Shown: positions 32,572 to 41,850 of the stretch, one piece after another
Layout of the letters: each line of letters begins with the position of its first letter
Numbering within the stretch: the first letter of the stretch is position 1
Assembly (NCBI GenBank): GCA_964533425.1
Contig: CAZHJG010000002.1
Span: 1-48,912, forward strand
Direction: 5' to 3'
Origin: an uncultured Candidatus Saccharibacteria bacterium
GTDB taxonomy: Bacteria; Patescibacteriota; Saccharimonadia; Saccharimonadales; UBA4665
Length of the DNA stretch: 48,912 nt
Program-made: the position numbers and the translations under genes
The notes under the pieces: model-generated
What the model was told of the DNA's origin: nothing
Seen by the model: only the letters and a program-made list of their open reading frames with translations
Database searches by the model: none

Positions 32572-33528
32572 ATGAAACACTTTATAAATATTAAACGCTC
32601 GGTGCGCCGGGCTGTAATTGCTGCGACGGCTTTAGCAACCATTGCCGGCACGGCGATCATTGGCCTGGGAACCAGTTCCGCGATGACATTTAATAATGGC
32701 GGCGCCGGCTGTAGTGTTGAAGGGCTTATGCCGCTACGAAGCGCGTTTAACGTCAGCGGCAGCATTGCGACAACCATGGTACAGGTGGATGGTCCAGCCA
32801 GTTGCCGCGAAACTGTTACCTTATCTTCATGGAATGCGCCGCAAGGAAGTGCCAATTTACGACCGTTTCAAAACCAGCAATTCTTTACTAGCCGGACCTT
32901 TGTGTTAGGCCCAGGTCAGCACAGTCTTTCAGTGAGAGTTAATAATAGCTGTAGCTTCCAGGTTGATGTGCTGCTGGGTTCGAACCCCAGAAGCGCGGCC
33001 GGCGATGCTAACTTCAGCCCGGATCAGGTAATCGGCTTCTTGCTGGTGAGCGGCGCTGCTTGCCCAGCTCCTACACCTGCCCCGACTCCTCCGGCTCCTA
33101 CTCCGGCGCCAACTCCGCCAGCAACCACGACTACTACCAATAATGTCTGTAGCGGCAGCACTAGCAATACGTCAAACGGTGCAGCTTCCCAAGGCGGTAA
33201 TTGCAGCACCAATACTACAATCGTTCAGGCTCAGGCGACTCAGAACACCGGTGGCAGCGGTGGCAGCGGTGGCGGCTCGTCAAGCTCCAGCGCTACTAGC
33301 AGCGCTTCGGCTGGCCCGGCCTCAGCGACGGTAAGTGCTAGTGCTCCGGCTGCCACAGCGACCGAAACGGCCACCACCCCGGTAGCCACCACGACTGCTG
33401 CTCCAACCTCACTGGTTAATACCGGCCCTGGCAGCATAGCCGCCGTCGCCGCTATCTTCGGCCTAGTGACTGTAGCAGGTACGCTGTTGTATCACCACCT
33501 GCTCAAGCGACGCGTTGAAGCTTTGTAA
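32572..33528 (+). CDS. Surface protein with a PT-rich linker and a C-terminal LVNTG-type sorting signal
   Basis: I place the start at the Met at 32572 (MKHFINIKRSVRRAVIAATALATIAGTAIIGLGTSSA). The linker reads PAPTPAPTPPAPTPAPTPP. The C-terminus reads PTSLVNTGPGSIAAVAAIFGLVTVAGTLLYHHLLKRRVEAL. Confidence 0.8.
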   Translation: MKHFINIKRSVRRAVIAATALATIAGTAIIGLGTSSAMTFNNGGAGCSVEGLMPLRSAFNVSGSIATTMVQVDGPASCRETVTLSSWNAPQGSANLRPFQNQQFFTSRTFVLGPGQHSLSVRVNNSCSFQVDVLLGSNPRSAAGDANFSPDQVIGFLLVSGAACPAPTPAPTPPAPTPAPTPPATTTTTNNVCSGSTSNTSNGAASQGGNCSTNTTIVQAQATQNTGGSGGSGGGSSSSSATSSASAGPASATVSASAPAATATETATTPVATTTAAPTSLVNTGPGSIAAVAAIFGLVTVAGTLLYHHLLKRRVEAL

Positions 33529-33596
33529 GTTTACTGAGTCAATAAAGCAAATTAAAAACCTTCTAGAGTACTGCTTAAGGTTAGTTCAAATAGTAA

Positions 33597-33625
33597 TTGA
33601 CAAAATGCCAATTCCTTGCTAAAAT
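33597..33625 (+). promoter_or_regulatory. Promoter (AATTGACAAAA type) for the 770-aa gene
   Basis: TTGACA (33597-33602), a 17-nt spacer ending in TGC, then TAAAAT (33620-33625). Confidence 0.55.
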
Positions 33626-33650
33626 ATGTCCAAATTAAGTTTGGAAGGTT

Positions 33651-35963
33651 GTGGCATACAACACTATGAGCGAAAAGCTTGACGTAAACTTGGCATTTGA
33701 CTACGAAGAACGGCACAGGGTTGAAGAAGAAGCCCGGAAGGCAGCCGAAGCAGCCGCTGAAGCTGAGCGCCAAGCCGCTGAAGAGGCTGCAGAAGCAGAA
33801 CGTCTTGAAGCTGAGCGCCGCGCCGCTCAAAAGGAGTGGGAAAGCTACGATATTCGTCAAGGCGACTTTCGCCCAAAGGATGATAAGCGTCGTGGCAACT
33901 TGGTAGACGATCGTATTCGTGGCGTTAAAGTTGACCGCCACACCTATTTACAGAACCGTTTGACCGAGGCTGAATATCCAGACTCAGAAGTCTCATCTTA
34001 CGCTGACTATGACATTGCTAAGCTAGCCGACAAACTAAACTCCATGCAAGAAGGCATAGCCAAGTTACCAACAGAAGGCAAGATCAAGTCCGGCAATAAA
34101 GAAAGTGCTGAAGAATACCTGGCAACAGACATACGGGCGCTGGCTCAAGTTGATGCTAACGAAGCGCGACTAGCCCTCCAAACTAAGCTGAGTGAAATGA
34201 AAATTTCTGAGCTGGCGAAGCAAGTTGCTCAAGCCCGACACGAGAATAATGGTGCGTTGGCTGAAAACGCCACTAAAATACTGAACCAAAAAATACAGGA
34301 GCGCAATGAAACGTTTAAGAGTCAGCGTGATAGCGAGCATAACGAAACGCGTGCTAATAACCTTAAGCAGCAAGTGGAAAAACTTATCGCTAAAGAAGAA
34401 GCCCGTAAGGCAGCCGAAGCCGCCGCTGAAGCTGAGCGCCAAGCCGCTGAATCAGAAACCCTAAATGATAGCCAGTCAGATGCTGTACCAGATGCTCAGC
34501 TTTCCCTTGATCATGATATAGCTTCAGAGCCTCATGCCGAGCCAACTGCAGCTGACCCCGTAACGAAACCTGAGGCTTCGGACGACAGTCAACCGGATGC
34601 CGTGTCGAAGGAACAGCTTTCTTTTGATGATCTGCCTTTCATACCCGAAGAAGTTGAAGTCCTTACTGGAGTTGTCGTCGATGAACCTGTTGCTGAATCA
34701 GGCAAAGCAGAACCCAAGTCAGATGATGATCAAGCACGTTTCTTCGAAACAGCAGAGCCGGCAATTGACTCCGACGCCGAAGAGGAACCTGATGCTCCTA
34801 AGCTTGATAATGCTGACGCGGCGCAGGCCGAAGCTGAAAGCAAAACCGACCCTGAACAGATCTCATACAAAATTGACAGCCTTGATAAGCGACGCCGATT
34901 AGTGGAGCGATTTACTGCTGATCAGCACGGCGAATTGAGTGTTGATCTTAAAGACTTATGGCCTTTAGGTAAACGGGTGCGTGAAGTATTGCTGAAGACC
35001 GAAAACGGAGTGCTCTACGTCCGTGAGAACAGATTGTTTAATGTAACTCCAGGTCAGGAGAAATCATTGGCCTATGAGGAAAAGACCGGTGACTTCCCTA
35101 TTATTAATTTGACTAATTCTTGGGCAGTTGTTCCCGGTACCATATCCATTCCCCCTATTACAGAAATTCTCGTCAGTAAGACTGAGGTGCTGTCGAGCGA
35201 TTCTGTTCTCACTGAGGCTACTCCCCTCGACGATGAGGACCCCTTTAAATATCCTCGTGTGGTTGCCGCACAGATATTAAAGGATAAAGAAAAGGAAAAA
35301 AATAGTCGCAGACTAAAGATGAGGCAAGATAAGCCGAAGCCACCGACCGATGATCCATCAAAGCCTGCCGCCAAGCCGAACTGGGACACAATCAGTCAGG
35401 AAGCGGTCGACCAGTCTCGTCGTCAACGGAACGTTCGTAACGTCTGGAAGACTATCTCAGGCAAGGTTACAAACTTCAGCCCGCGCGAATTCTATGGCAA
35501 TAATGAAAAGGGCACCAAACGCGCTCTAACCACGGCCCTTGGCGGCCTGGCAACCGTTGCCGCCACGCTTGGTATCGTTGGACCCGAATCCTTTAATGGC
35601 ATGAAAAACTCCATGCGGCGGCCTGTGTTAACTCAACCTGATAGGAAGCAAACTTCCACGCACACTAACCACTCATCTGCCGCCAGCTCAGGTCTCAATA
35701 TAAGCATGTCCCGCAGTAGTCGTAAACCATATCAGACCATTCACGTTCGTAAATCCCATCGTGCTTCATACGACAATGCTGCTCAGACCGGGAGCAATCA
35801 CTCGACTGGCACAACTGTTCCAGGCAGTCATGACGGACTGAACATTACCATGTCACGTAGTAGCGTAACCCCTGGTGAGCATAAGCGTGTGGCTACCTCG
35901 ATGGTGGAACCAAATCAGATTCCGGAACACATTTTGCGCGAGCTGATCAAAAAGAGCGCGTAA
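33651..35963 (+). CDS. Large acidic coiled-coil protein with a C-terminal TM segment, hypothetical
   Basis: 770 aa. The start is ambiguous (GTG 33651 or ATG 33666). EEARKAAEAAAEAERQAAE occurs twice, encoded by 59-nt direct repeats at 33724-33782 and 34393-34451 (57/59 identical). Other duplicated pairs are DSQSDAV/DSQPDAV and GLNISMSRSS/GLNITMSRSS. One TM helix (ALTTALGGLATVAATLGIVG). Confidence 0.8.
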   Translation: MAYNTMSEKLDVNLAFDYEERHRVEEEARKAAEAAAEAERQAAEEAAEAERLEAERRAAQKEWESYDIRQGDFRPKDDKRRGNLVDDRIRGVKVDRHTYLQNRLTEAEYPDSEVSSYADYDIAKLADKLNSMQEGIAKLPTEGKIKSGNKESAEEYLATDIRALAQVDANEARLALQTKLSEMKISELAKQVAQARHENNGALAENATKILNQKIQERNETFKSQRDSEHNETRANNLKQQVEKLIAKEEARKAAEAAAEAERQAAESETLNDSQSDAVPDAQLSLDHDIASEPHAEPTAADPVTKPEASDDSQPDAVSKEQLSFDDLPFIPEEVEVLTGVVVDEPVAESGKAEPKSDDDQARFFETAEPAIDSDAEEEPDAPKLDNADAAQAEAESKTDPEQISYKIDSLDKRRRLVERFTADQHGELSVDLKDLWPLGKRVREVLLKTENGVLYVRENRLFNVTPGQEKSLAYEEKTGDFPIINLTNSWAVVPGTISIPPITEILVSKTEVLSSDSVLTEATPLDDEDPFKYPRVVAAQILKDKEKEKNSRRLKMRQDKPKPPTDDPSKPAAKPNWDTISQEAVDQSRRQRNVRNVWKTISGKVTNFSPREFYGNNEKGTKRALTTALGGLATVAATLGIVGPESFNGMKNSMRRPVLTQPDRKQTSTHTNHSSAASSGLNISMSRSSRKPYQTIHVRKSHRASYDNAAQTGSNHSTGTTVPGSHDGLNITMSRSSVTPGEHKRVATSMVEPNQIPEHILRELIKKSA

Positions 35964-35987
35964 ACTAAAATATATTCAAGACAGTAA

Positions 35988-36016
35988 TTGACAAAAGAAC
36001 AAGTTTGGTGTAATAT
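35988..36016 (+). promoter_or_regulatory. Promoter (AATTGACAAAA type) for the vWA-MoxR operon, near-leaderless
   Basis: TTGACA (35988-35993), a 17-nt spacer, TAATAT (36011-36016). The ATG at 36027 lies 10 nt after the -10 box. The TTG listed as the ORF start is the -35 box itself. Confidence 0.55.
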
Positions 36017-36026
36017 AAAGATAATT

Positions 36027-36983
36027 ATGTTACCTGAAGTTTCACCAGAATTTGTCTACGTTGCTGCCACGACGCTTGGTGTCTTAGCTGGCGCCGGCAT
36101 GGAACATCTTGCTGTTGAGCAAGCCGCACAGCAAGAAGAAGATCACTATTATCCTGCATTGCAGATTGCATTGCAGGAAGAAGCCGCGGAAACTCAGGCT
36201 AAAGAAGTTTCAAAAATTTCTCGCCGTCAGATGTTAGGACAATGGCTCAGCCGAAGCGCGATCCGCTCTGTTTTGCCTATTACCGTGGCTGTCGGGTTTG
36301 GGCTGGTGGCACATTCCTTTACTTCTACGGAGAAGCCACAAAAGAAAACGGCAATTGAGATTAGTGTTGACGATTCTGGCGCCACCCGTCCGGTTATTGG
36401 ACAAATACGGGAAGTAGTCGCTCAGTTTAATAATACTGACGCTGAAGCTATTGTTGGCAACACAGGTCAAGTTATCTCTATGTCATCTCGCAAGTTCGGT
36501 CCGTTTACCGAAACAACTGATGGCGCTCCTGCCGGAGAAGCTCCCTTAAGTCAGCAAGTCAGTCTGGCGCTCAACCGTGTTGCCGAAAGTAACACCAAAA
36601 ATGGCAAAGACGATGGCAGGATTGTTCTTGTTACTAATGGTAATCGCGTGGGTAGCATCAAGGCTCTGGCGGAGCAGGCAAAACTGCAACATACAGCTAT
36701 CTATCCAGTTAACGTGGAACGAAAAGGTACGCCACACAGTCTGATTGATCAACTGAAGCAGTTAGCCGATGAGACCGGCGGCCAGTTCAGAGATGCTAAT
36801 AGCCAGAACTTTGAGAGGGTGGCTAAAGACGTCAAAGCGACAACTGCGCCCGAGCAAGCCCCAACCCCGCAACCCGATCGCTGGCCGGAACGCTTCAGCG
36901 GCATTCTAGCCCTGTTCGGCGCTGGATTGGTTTATAAGAATCGTAAACGCATGCCTACGGGTAGGAATGCGAAAGGAGAATAA
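36027..36983 (+). CDS. Membrane-anchored protein with a degenerate vWA-like domain
   Basis: N-terminal TM (FVYVAATTLGVLAGAG), a second TM (VLPITVAVGFGLVAH) and a C-terminal TM (FSGILALFGAGLVY). A MIDAS-like but degenerate motif reads ISVDDSGAT. IVLVTNGN replaces the usual LLTDG. Ends 2 nt before the MoxR gene. Confidence 0.6.
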   Translation: MLPEVSPEFVYVAATTLGVLAGAGMEHLAVEQAAQQEEDHYYPALQIALQEEAAETQAKEVSKISRRQMLGQWLSRSAIRSVLPITVAVGFGLVAHSFTSTEKPQKKTAIEISVDDSGATRPVIGQIREVVAQFNNTDAEAIVGNTGQVISMSSRKFGPFTETTDGAPAGEAPLSQQVSLALNRVAESNTKNGKDDGRIVLVTNGNRVGSIKALAEQAKLQHTAIYPVNVERKGTPHSLIDQLKQLADETGGQFRDANSQNFERVAKDVKATTAPEQAPTPQPDRWPERFSGILALFGAGLVYKNRKRMPTGRNAKGE

Positions 36984-36985
36984 GT

Positions 36986-38005
36986 ATGGCAGTTATATAT
37001 GAAGCAGTTGAGCAAATGGCAAGCACTAACCAGGTTCTTGGCTACTATGAAGACGGTATGCGTGAGCTAGGTAAGCTCTTATATGGAGAGGAACACGCAA
37101 AACAGGCTATACTTATCGGTCCTGTCATTATGCGCGCAGCGTTACTTTCGGGCATTCCAGCCGGTGGTAAATCTACTTTGATGCAAAATGCTTGGAGGCT
37201 GTATGACGGGCTTGACGATGATAACGTTGCTCGAATTCCTGGCCAGCACGACTTACAGGCTACTCAGCTGGTAGGCGGTCAGATCGGTACTAAAAAAATA
37301 GTCGCCGGCCGCAGCGAGGAAAGTAAGGTTGTTGTGGAAGGTATGGTTAAAGAGAAGACTCAAGGTCTCGTTATTGAAGAAATGAACCGTACCAATCCAG
37401 AGGCCGTGAACTCACTTTTGCCCGTTCTGGAAGATCGGCGCCTGGAAACTACGGCTGGACACATCGAAGTGCCTGGTCTGATATATACGGTTGCCGCTAT
37501 GAACCCATCTGAATCTAAGCAGTCAACTTTTCCGATTTCTGATGCTATGGCCTCTCGTTTTACTTTAGGCGCTGTGCTTGGTGTAAAGGGTAATCGTGAG
37601 GAGCGCATCTATAAAGCTGGTAAAATTCGCGAACACAAGAAGAACCCGAACACTAAGCCGGAAAATATTCAGCCCGTCTACAAAGTATCGGCCTTATCGG
37701 GACTTCAAAACTATGTTCAGGAAACTCGGATTGGCGAAACAATGACCGGCAAAATTGATGAAATTACCGTTGATGCTAACGACGTGCTTGAGAGCCACGG
37801 TATCCATGAGACCGACAATCGTTTGTCCCTTCACCTCGAGGCTAATGCTAAAGCATTGGGTAGTTTCCGGAATGAAGAACACATTATTCGCGAAGAAGAT
37901 GTTGTAGACGCCATCTATCTAGCATTGGCGGGCCGCTTTGGGGCCAAGAAGCAGACCAATGGCATAAACTTGGATAGTTTGGCTTACGATATTGCAAAAT
38001 TCTAG
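36986..38005 (+). CDS. MoxR-like AAA+ ATPase
   Basis: Walker A GIPAGGKST, Walker B-like LVIEEMNR, SLLPVLEDRRLET, YTVAAMNPSE, SDAMASRF. The order and spacing match the MoxR/AAA_3 pattern. Confidence 0.8.
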   Translation: MAVIYEAVEQMASTNQVLGYYEDGMRELGKLLYGEEHAKQAILIGPVIMRAALLSGIPAGGKSTLMQNAWRLYDGLDDDNVARIPGQHDLQATQLVGGQIGTKKIVAGRSEESKVVVEGMVKEKTQGLVIEEMNRTNPEAVNSLLPVLEDRRLETTAGHIEVPGLIYTVAAMNPSESKQSTFPISDAMASRFTLGAVLGVKGNREERIYKAGKIREHKKNPNTKPENIQPVYKVSALSGLQNYVQETRIGETMTGKIDEITVDANDVLESHGIHETDNRLSLHLEANAKALGSFRNEEHIIREEDVVDAIYLALAGRFGAKKQTNGINLDSLAYDIAKF

Positions 38006-38028
38006 CTGAGTATAACAGGCAAATTCAA

Positions 38029-38877
38029 ATGTCACTTTTACCTGAAACAGAAAACGCGCTCTTAGAGTATGGCGCGAGCCAGGAGTACATGTTTGGTTTG
38101 CATGAAGCAAGCGAGCCACGAGCAGGTACGCACGGTAGAAATATCGGTGAAGTTGCTTATGACCCAGTCCGTCATAATCCCTTGGCGATAAATCCTCTTT
38201 CTATATGGGAGCAAGTTTTGGACGCACCTCACGTTAAGCTTAATATCCCAGAGCGCCCGTTAAACGCTAATATTGTTATTCATCAGCCTGCTTCAGAGGG
38301 TCGGGACAATATATACCATTATGGGGAGTATCGACGCTTGCTGGCCCGGCGGCTAGGGTTGGCTATTGCTGATGCCCTGCCGGGAATTACTGATAGAACT
38401 TGGACCTACGCAGTTGGTGAAGCAGCTGATGAAGTCACTGATTCGGATGTTGAAATAATTGTTAGTACCGGCGATGTTCATGAGGAAAGTGATCAAATTG
38501 CGGAAATTTGCAAAAGCGGACTAACTTTCGTCATTGGTGGTCACTTGGCACTTCCTTTACACGAGCAAGATAAAAGTAATTTTCCTTCTACCGTAGCCGT
38601 CAAAGCTAATGTGCCAGCAGACCGTGCAATCATTCCTAATGGTTTGGTGGTACGAAGTGGTGTGAAAATCGGTGAAGTGAACACCACTGTAACTGAGGAC
38701 GTAGCAGACAACAGCGCATTGTTAGAGCGTCAACATCAACGTGTTGTGAGTCGGTTGGAAGAAACGGGTATTTCAGTCGCTTCGATAGTGCTGGATCGTA
38801 GTACGGCGATCGGTTTTGATAGCGGGAAGGCTGATAGTGCTTTAGCTCGGGCTGTTCGCCAAGTCATTCCGAAATAG
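38029..38877 (+). CDS. Hypothetical protein in the DUF58 position of a MoxR operon
   Basis: 282 aa, cytoplasmic. GTHGRNIGEVAYDPVRHNPLAINP is only loosely reminiscent of the DUF58 G.H.S..G...F...R.Y motif. The call is based mainly on gene order. Confidence 0.5.
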   Translation: MSLLPETENALLEYGASQEYMFGLHEASEPRAGTHGRNIGEVAYDPVRHNPLAINPLSIWEQVLDAPHVKLNIPERPLNANIVIHQPASEGRDNIYHYGEYRRLLARRLGLAIADALPGITDRTWTYAVGEAADEVTDSDVEIIVSTGDVHEESDQIAEICKSGLTFVIGGHLALPLHEQDKSNFPSTVAVKANVPADRAIIPNGLVVRSGVKIGEVNTTVTEDVADNSALLERQHQRVVSRLEETGISVASIVLDRSTAIGFDSGKADSALARAVRQVIPK

Positions 38878-38917
38878 AGCAGCGCGTAAGCTTAAGCAAG
38901 TTTGTTATAGTATATAA

Positions 38918-38946
38918 TTGACAAAAAATGAAGAGAGTGATATACT
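38918..38946 (+). promoter_or_regulatory. Promoter (AATTGACAAAA type) for the Gly-rich / LVNTG gene pair
   Basis: TTGACA (38918-38923), a 17-nt spacer, TATACT (38941-38946). It leaves a leader of ~120 nt. Confidence 0.55.
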
Positions 38947-39005
38947 CAAAAAGATAAAACCATACAGAGGTCGAATACGAATCTCCGCATGAGTAAGAAG
39001 GTAAG

Positions 39006-39043
39006 AAAAGGCGAGGGTGGTAGTACCTCCGTCTTTTATTTTT
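39006..39043 (+). promoter_or_regulatory. Terminator-like hairpin plus T-tract inside the 5' leader of 39075 (possible attenuator)
   Basis: AAAAGGCGAGGG (39006-39017) pairs with CCTCCGTCTTTT (39026-39037) with one mismatch and wobbles. The loop is TGGTAGTA. TTTTATTTTT follows, about 30 nt before SD AGAGGAG and the ATG. Confidence 0.35.
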
Positions 39044-39074
39044 ACCAAGGTATTAAAGGAGTTAGAGGAGCAAT

Positions 39075-40544
39075 ATGTCAAAAGAAGGACAATCAACGCC
39101 AGTCATGGATGAACAGCTTCAGGCTGAAGCGCAGCAGCAGAGTCATGCCAGGCACCATTTGCTTTGGCGTCTCGCACCTTATGTAGCGGCTGGAGTCGCT
39201 GCAGCGGGCGCTGTTGAACTAGTTAATTTTAGTAATAGTGGCAGTCACAGTGTCGCAACTGCGGCTGGTGGCAACGTTCCAAATTTGGTAAACAGCCCGA
39301 ATCAGGCACTCGCTAACTGTGAAAATCTACACTTTGGCCAGTCAGCTGCAAACGCCTCAAACTACAATTCAGACGCCTTCTTCCCCAATACTACCGTAGC
39401 TACTCCTGAAGACGCTAAGCAGTACGTACTGAACCTGTTTAGCAAAGATGGCCCTCTGGCCGGGGATACTCAGATGGAATCTCTGGGTGCTGCAATGTCG
39501 ACCGTTGTTGAAGCCGCGCATCAGGGCGGTTTCGAAAATACAAATTATGACTATATTGATCACTTTAATAAGGCACTTGGCCGCTACAAAGGTAATGGTG
39601 GTCGTGACCGCGCAGTCAGCGACTGCAAGGAAGCCTTCAACACGTTGATCCAGGATGTTGGTTACAACGACAACTGGGCTAACTCCGGCGAAACTGTTAC
39701 CGAATTTGCCGCTGTACGCGATAAGCAAAGCAATGACGTCGCCGCCACCACCATGTTCCGCGGTATCGTCAAACAAGGCGTAACCTTGAAAGGTGTCGAA
39801 TTCAAACTCCGCACGACTTCCAAGGGCGAAAACGGCTACCTCAGTGTACTCATTTCCACGAATTCTGAAGGGGTTGAAAATGGCACCATCTTTATTAAAG
39901 GTCTAACGGTGCAGCAGTTCAACGGCAAGAGCCAAACCAATCACGGTAAGAACCCGGCCAAAAAACAGCACGAGCTTCACCAGGCTAACACTGGCTCACA
40001 AGTTGCCAGCGGTCTCGGCGGTGTTATTGTTCGGCGCAGCTCCAATGGGCAGCTCACGCTCAGCTCCGCTGGCGGCGGTTCCGGCGTAGGCGCTGGTACT
40101 GGCACCGGTCACGTGAAGGGTGGCGGTGGCGCTCTGCGCGGCCGTGGTGGCCAAGGCGTTAAAGGTGGTAGCGGTGGTGGTACCGGCTCTGGCTCAACCG
40201 AAGGTTCGCACGGTTCTACTTCCGGTAGCGGTGGCCAAGGTACTGGCGGTTCTGGTTCGGCTGGCGGTGGCGGTAACGCTGGCGGCGGCTCTGGTAACAA
40301 CGAAGGCAATAACGGCAGTGGTGCTGGAAGTAATGGCAATGGTGGCGGCAGCGGCGGTGGCGAAACCACTCCTAACACTGGAACCACACCTCCACCGGAA
40401 ACTAACACCACACCTCCACCGGAAACCAATACTACGCCTCCACCTGAGACTAATACGACACCCTCACCTCCGACCACAACCGGCAGCAAGGGCTCACCTC
40501 AACCAGTTCCATGTAATGCGGCAAACCCACAACCGGGTTGCTAG
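39075..40544 (+). CDS. N-terminally anchored secreted protein with Gly-rich and TTPPPETN-repeat C-terminal region
   Basis: 489 aa with SD AGAGGAG. TM helix LAPYVAAGVAAAGAVELV, a globular middle, GSG-rich low complexity and three TTPPPETN units. Ends PCNAANPQPGC. Confidence 0.8.
   Translation: MSKEGQSTPVMDEQLQAEAQQQSHARHHLLWRLAPYVAAGVAAAGAVELVNFSNSGSHSVATAAGGNVPNLVNSPNQALANCENLHFGQSAANASNYNSDAFFPNTTVATPEDAKQYVLNLFSKDGPLAGDTQMESLGAAMSTVVEAAHQGGFENTNYDYIDHFNKALGRYKGNGGRDRAVSDCKEAFNTLIQDVGYNDNWANSGETVTEFAAVRDKQSNDVAATTMFRGIVKQGVTLKGVEFKLRTTSKGENGYLSVLISTNSEGVENGTIFIKGLTVQQFNGKSQTNHGKNPAKKQHELHQANTGSQVASGLGGVIVRRSSNGQLTLSSAGGGSGVGAGTGTGHVKGGGGALRGRGGQGVKGGSGGGTGSGSTEGSHGSTSGSGGQGTGGSGSAGGGGNAGGGSGNNEGNNGSGAGSNGNGGGSGGGETTPNTGTTPPPETNTTPPPETNTTPPPETNTTPSPPTTTGSKGSPQPVPCNAANPQPGC
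40383..40454 (+). repeat. Three imperfect 24-nt in-frame tandem repeats (TTPPPETN)
   Basis: ACCACACCTCCACCGGAAACTAAC / ACCACACCTCCACCGGAAACCAAT / ACTACGCCTCCACCTGAGACTAAT. Confidence 0.9.
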
Positions 40545-40568
40545 AACTAAATGACTAAGGAGATAATC

Positions 40569-41747
40569 ATGAATAAGCAGAATATTTTCAAAAAAATATC
40601 GCTGACGTTTGCTTCAGTCGTGATGGGTTTGCTGATCAGCACCGCTACAGCACACGCTATCCCGTACACGGGTGACACTACGCAGGCCTCGCCTGTACCA
40701 GCGTTCAACGTCTTTACCGGCGACATCCCGGCTCCGGCTCCTCCCGGTGGCGAGCAGAACTTTTTCCAGGGCCGCGTACCGGTCAATGGCGATCTGAGCG
40801 ACGCCCACACCCAGTATGTTGACCCAGTCAGCACTACTTGTACTGACGGCGAAGTCATGCAGATGCGCGTCTACGTTCACAACGGCGCCAGCGCTGCTAA
40901 TAACGACAACGGCAATGGCCCGAGCGTGGCTCACGGCACTAAAGTTGCCGTTAACCTGAACAACGGTTCGGCTAAGACCGCTTTCAACCCATCAGCTACC
41001 ATCAGCGCCAGCAACGCTGCCAGCGTCAGCGATGGCTTGAGCATCAATTGTAATGGTCAAAAGGTTGAACTGCAGTACATCAAGGGCTCGGCCGAGCAGT
41101 ACACGCTGAGCAATGGCTTTGAGTCATTAAGCGACAGCGTTGTAACTAATGGCGCCTTGATTCACAGCGAAAAGGTCCCTGGTGATGTCTGGGGCTGCTG
41201 GCAGGAACGCGTCTACGTGCTCTTGGCCGTCAAGGTCGTCAAGCCAACGACGCCTCCACCGCCCGCGCAGTCGACTGCTACTTGTGATCTGTTTACGATC
41301 ACTGCCAGTGAAGATCGTAAAGTTACCGTGAATCACTTCAACTTCACCGCTGTTAACGCCAACTTCAAGAACGTCGTTGTTAACTGGGGTGACAACCACA
41401 GTGACACCTTCACCGACTCCAACAGTGTTGTCGGCCAGACGCATCAACTGCCTGGCTCGCCCGACACCTTTGATATCTCGGCGCTCGTCAGCTTTACTGC
41501 TAACGGCAAAACTTTAACCTCAGGTGGCCCTGGTACCGTTTGTTCTGAGCAGGTTTCGTTCACCCCGAACCAACCCCCGAACATCACGCCTCCACCGTCC
41601 ACGCCTCCAACCACGACTGTGGTAAGCACGCCTCCGAGCGAGCTGGTTAACACTGGTGCCGGTAGCGTCGTCGGCTTGTTTGCCGCCGCAACTGCTGGTG
41701 GTGCAGCCATCTACCGTCGCATACTTCGCCGCCGCTTCAACCAGTAA
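40569..41747 (+). CDS. Secreted surface protein with a C-terminal LVNTG-type sorting signal
   Basis: I place the start at the ATG at 40569, 7 nt after AAGGAG. Signal peptide MNKQNIFKKISLTFASVVMGLLISTATAHA. The C-terminus reads PPSELVNTGAGSVVGLFAAATAGGAAIYRRILRRRFNQ. Confidence 0.85.
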   Translation: MNKQNIFKKISLTFASVVMGLLISTATAHAIPYTGDTTQASPVPAFNVFTGDIPAPAPPGGEQNFFQGRVPVNGDLSDAHTQYVDPVSTTCTDGEVMQMRVYVHNGASAANNDNGNGPSVAHGTKVAVNLNNGSAKTAFNPSATISASNAASVSDGLSINCNGQKVELQYIKGSAEQYTLSNGFESLSDSVVTNGALIHSEKVPGDVWGCWQERVYVLLAVKVVKPTTPPPPAQSTATCDLFTITASEDRKVTVNHFNFTAVNANFKNVVVNWGDNHSDTFTDSNSVVGQTHQLPGSPDTFDISALVSFTANGKTLTSGGPGTVCSEQVSFTPNQPPNITPPPSTPPTTTVVSTPPSELVNTGAGSVVGLFAAATAGGAAIYRRILRRRFNQ

Positions 41748-41850
41748 GCTGTGGATAAGCACTAGCGCAAACTCGTATTTTGTGCTACGGTAAAGGTAAG
41801 TTTGAGAACAAGAGCACTGACTGACCGCTCTGGACACGAAAAATAGTGAT

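Noticed and set aside
7146-40454. Short tandem repeats (12-nt x3 at 7146; 24-nt x3 at 40383; PT-coding repeats near 33060) as a possible CRISPR array or satellite.
   Set aside because: All are in frame inside coding regions and encode low-complexity peptide repeats. They lack the repeat-spacer organisation of a CRISPR array.
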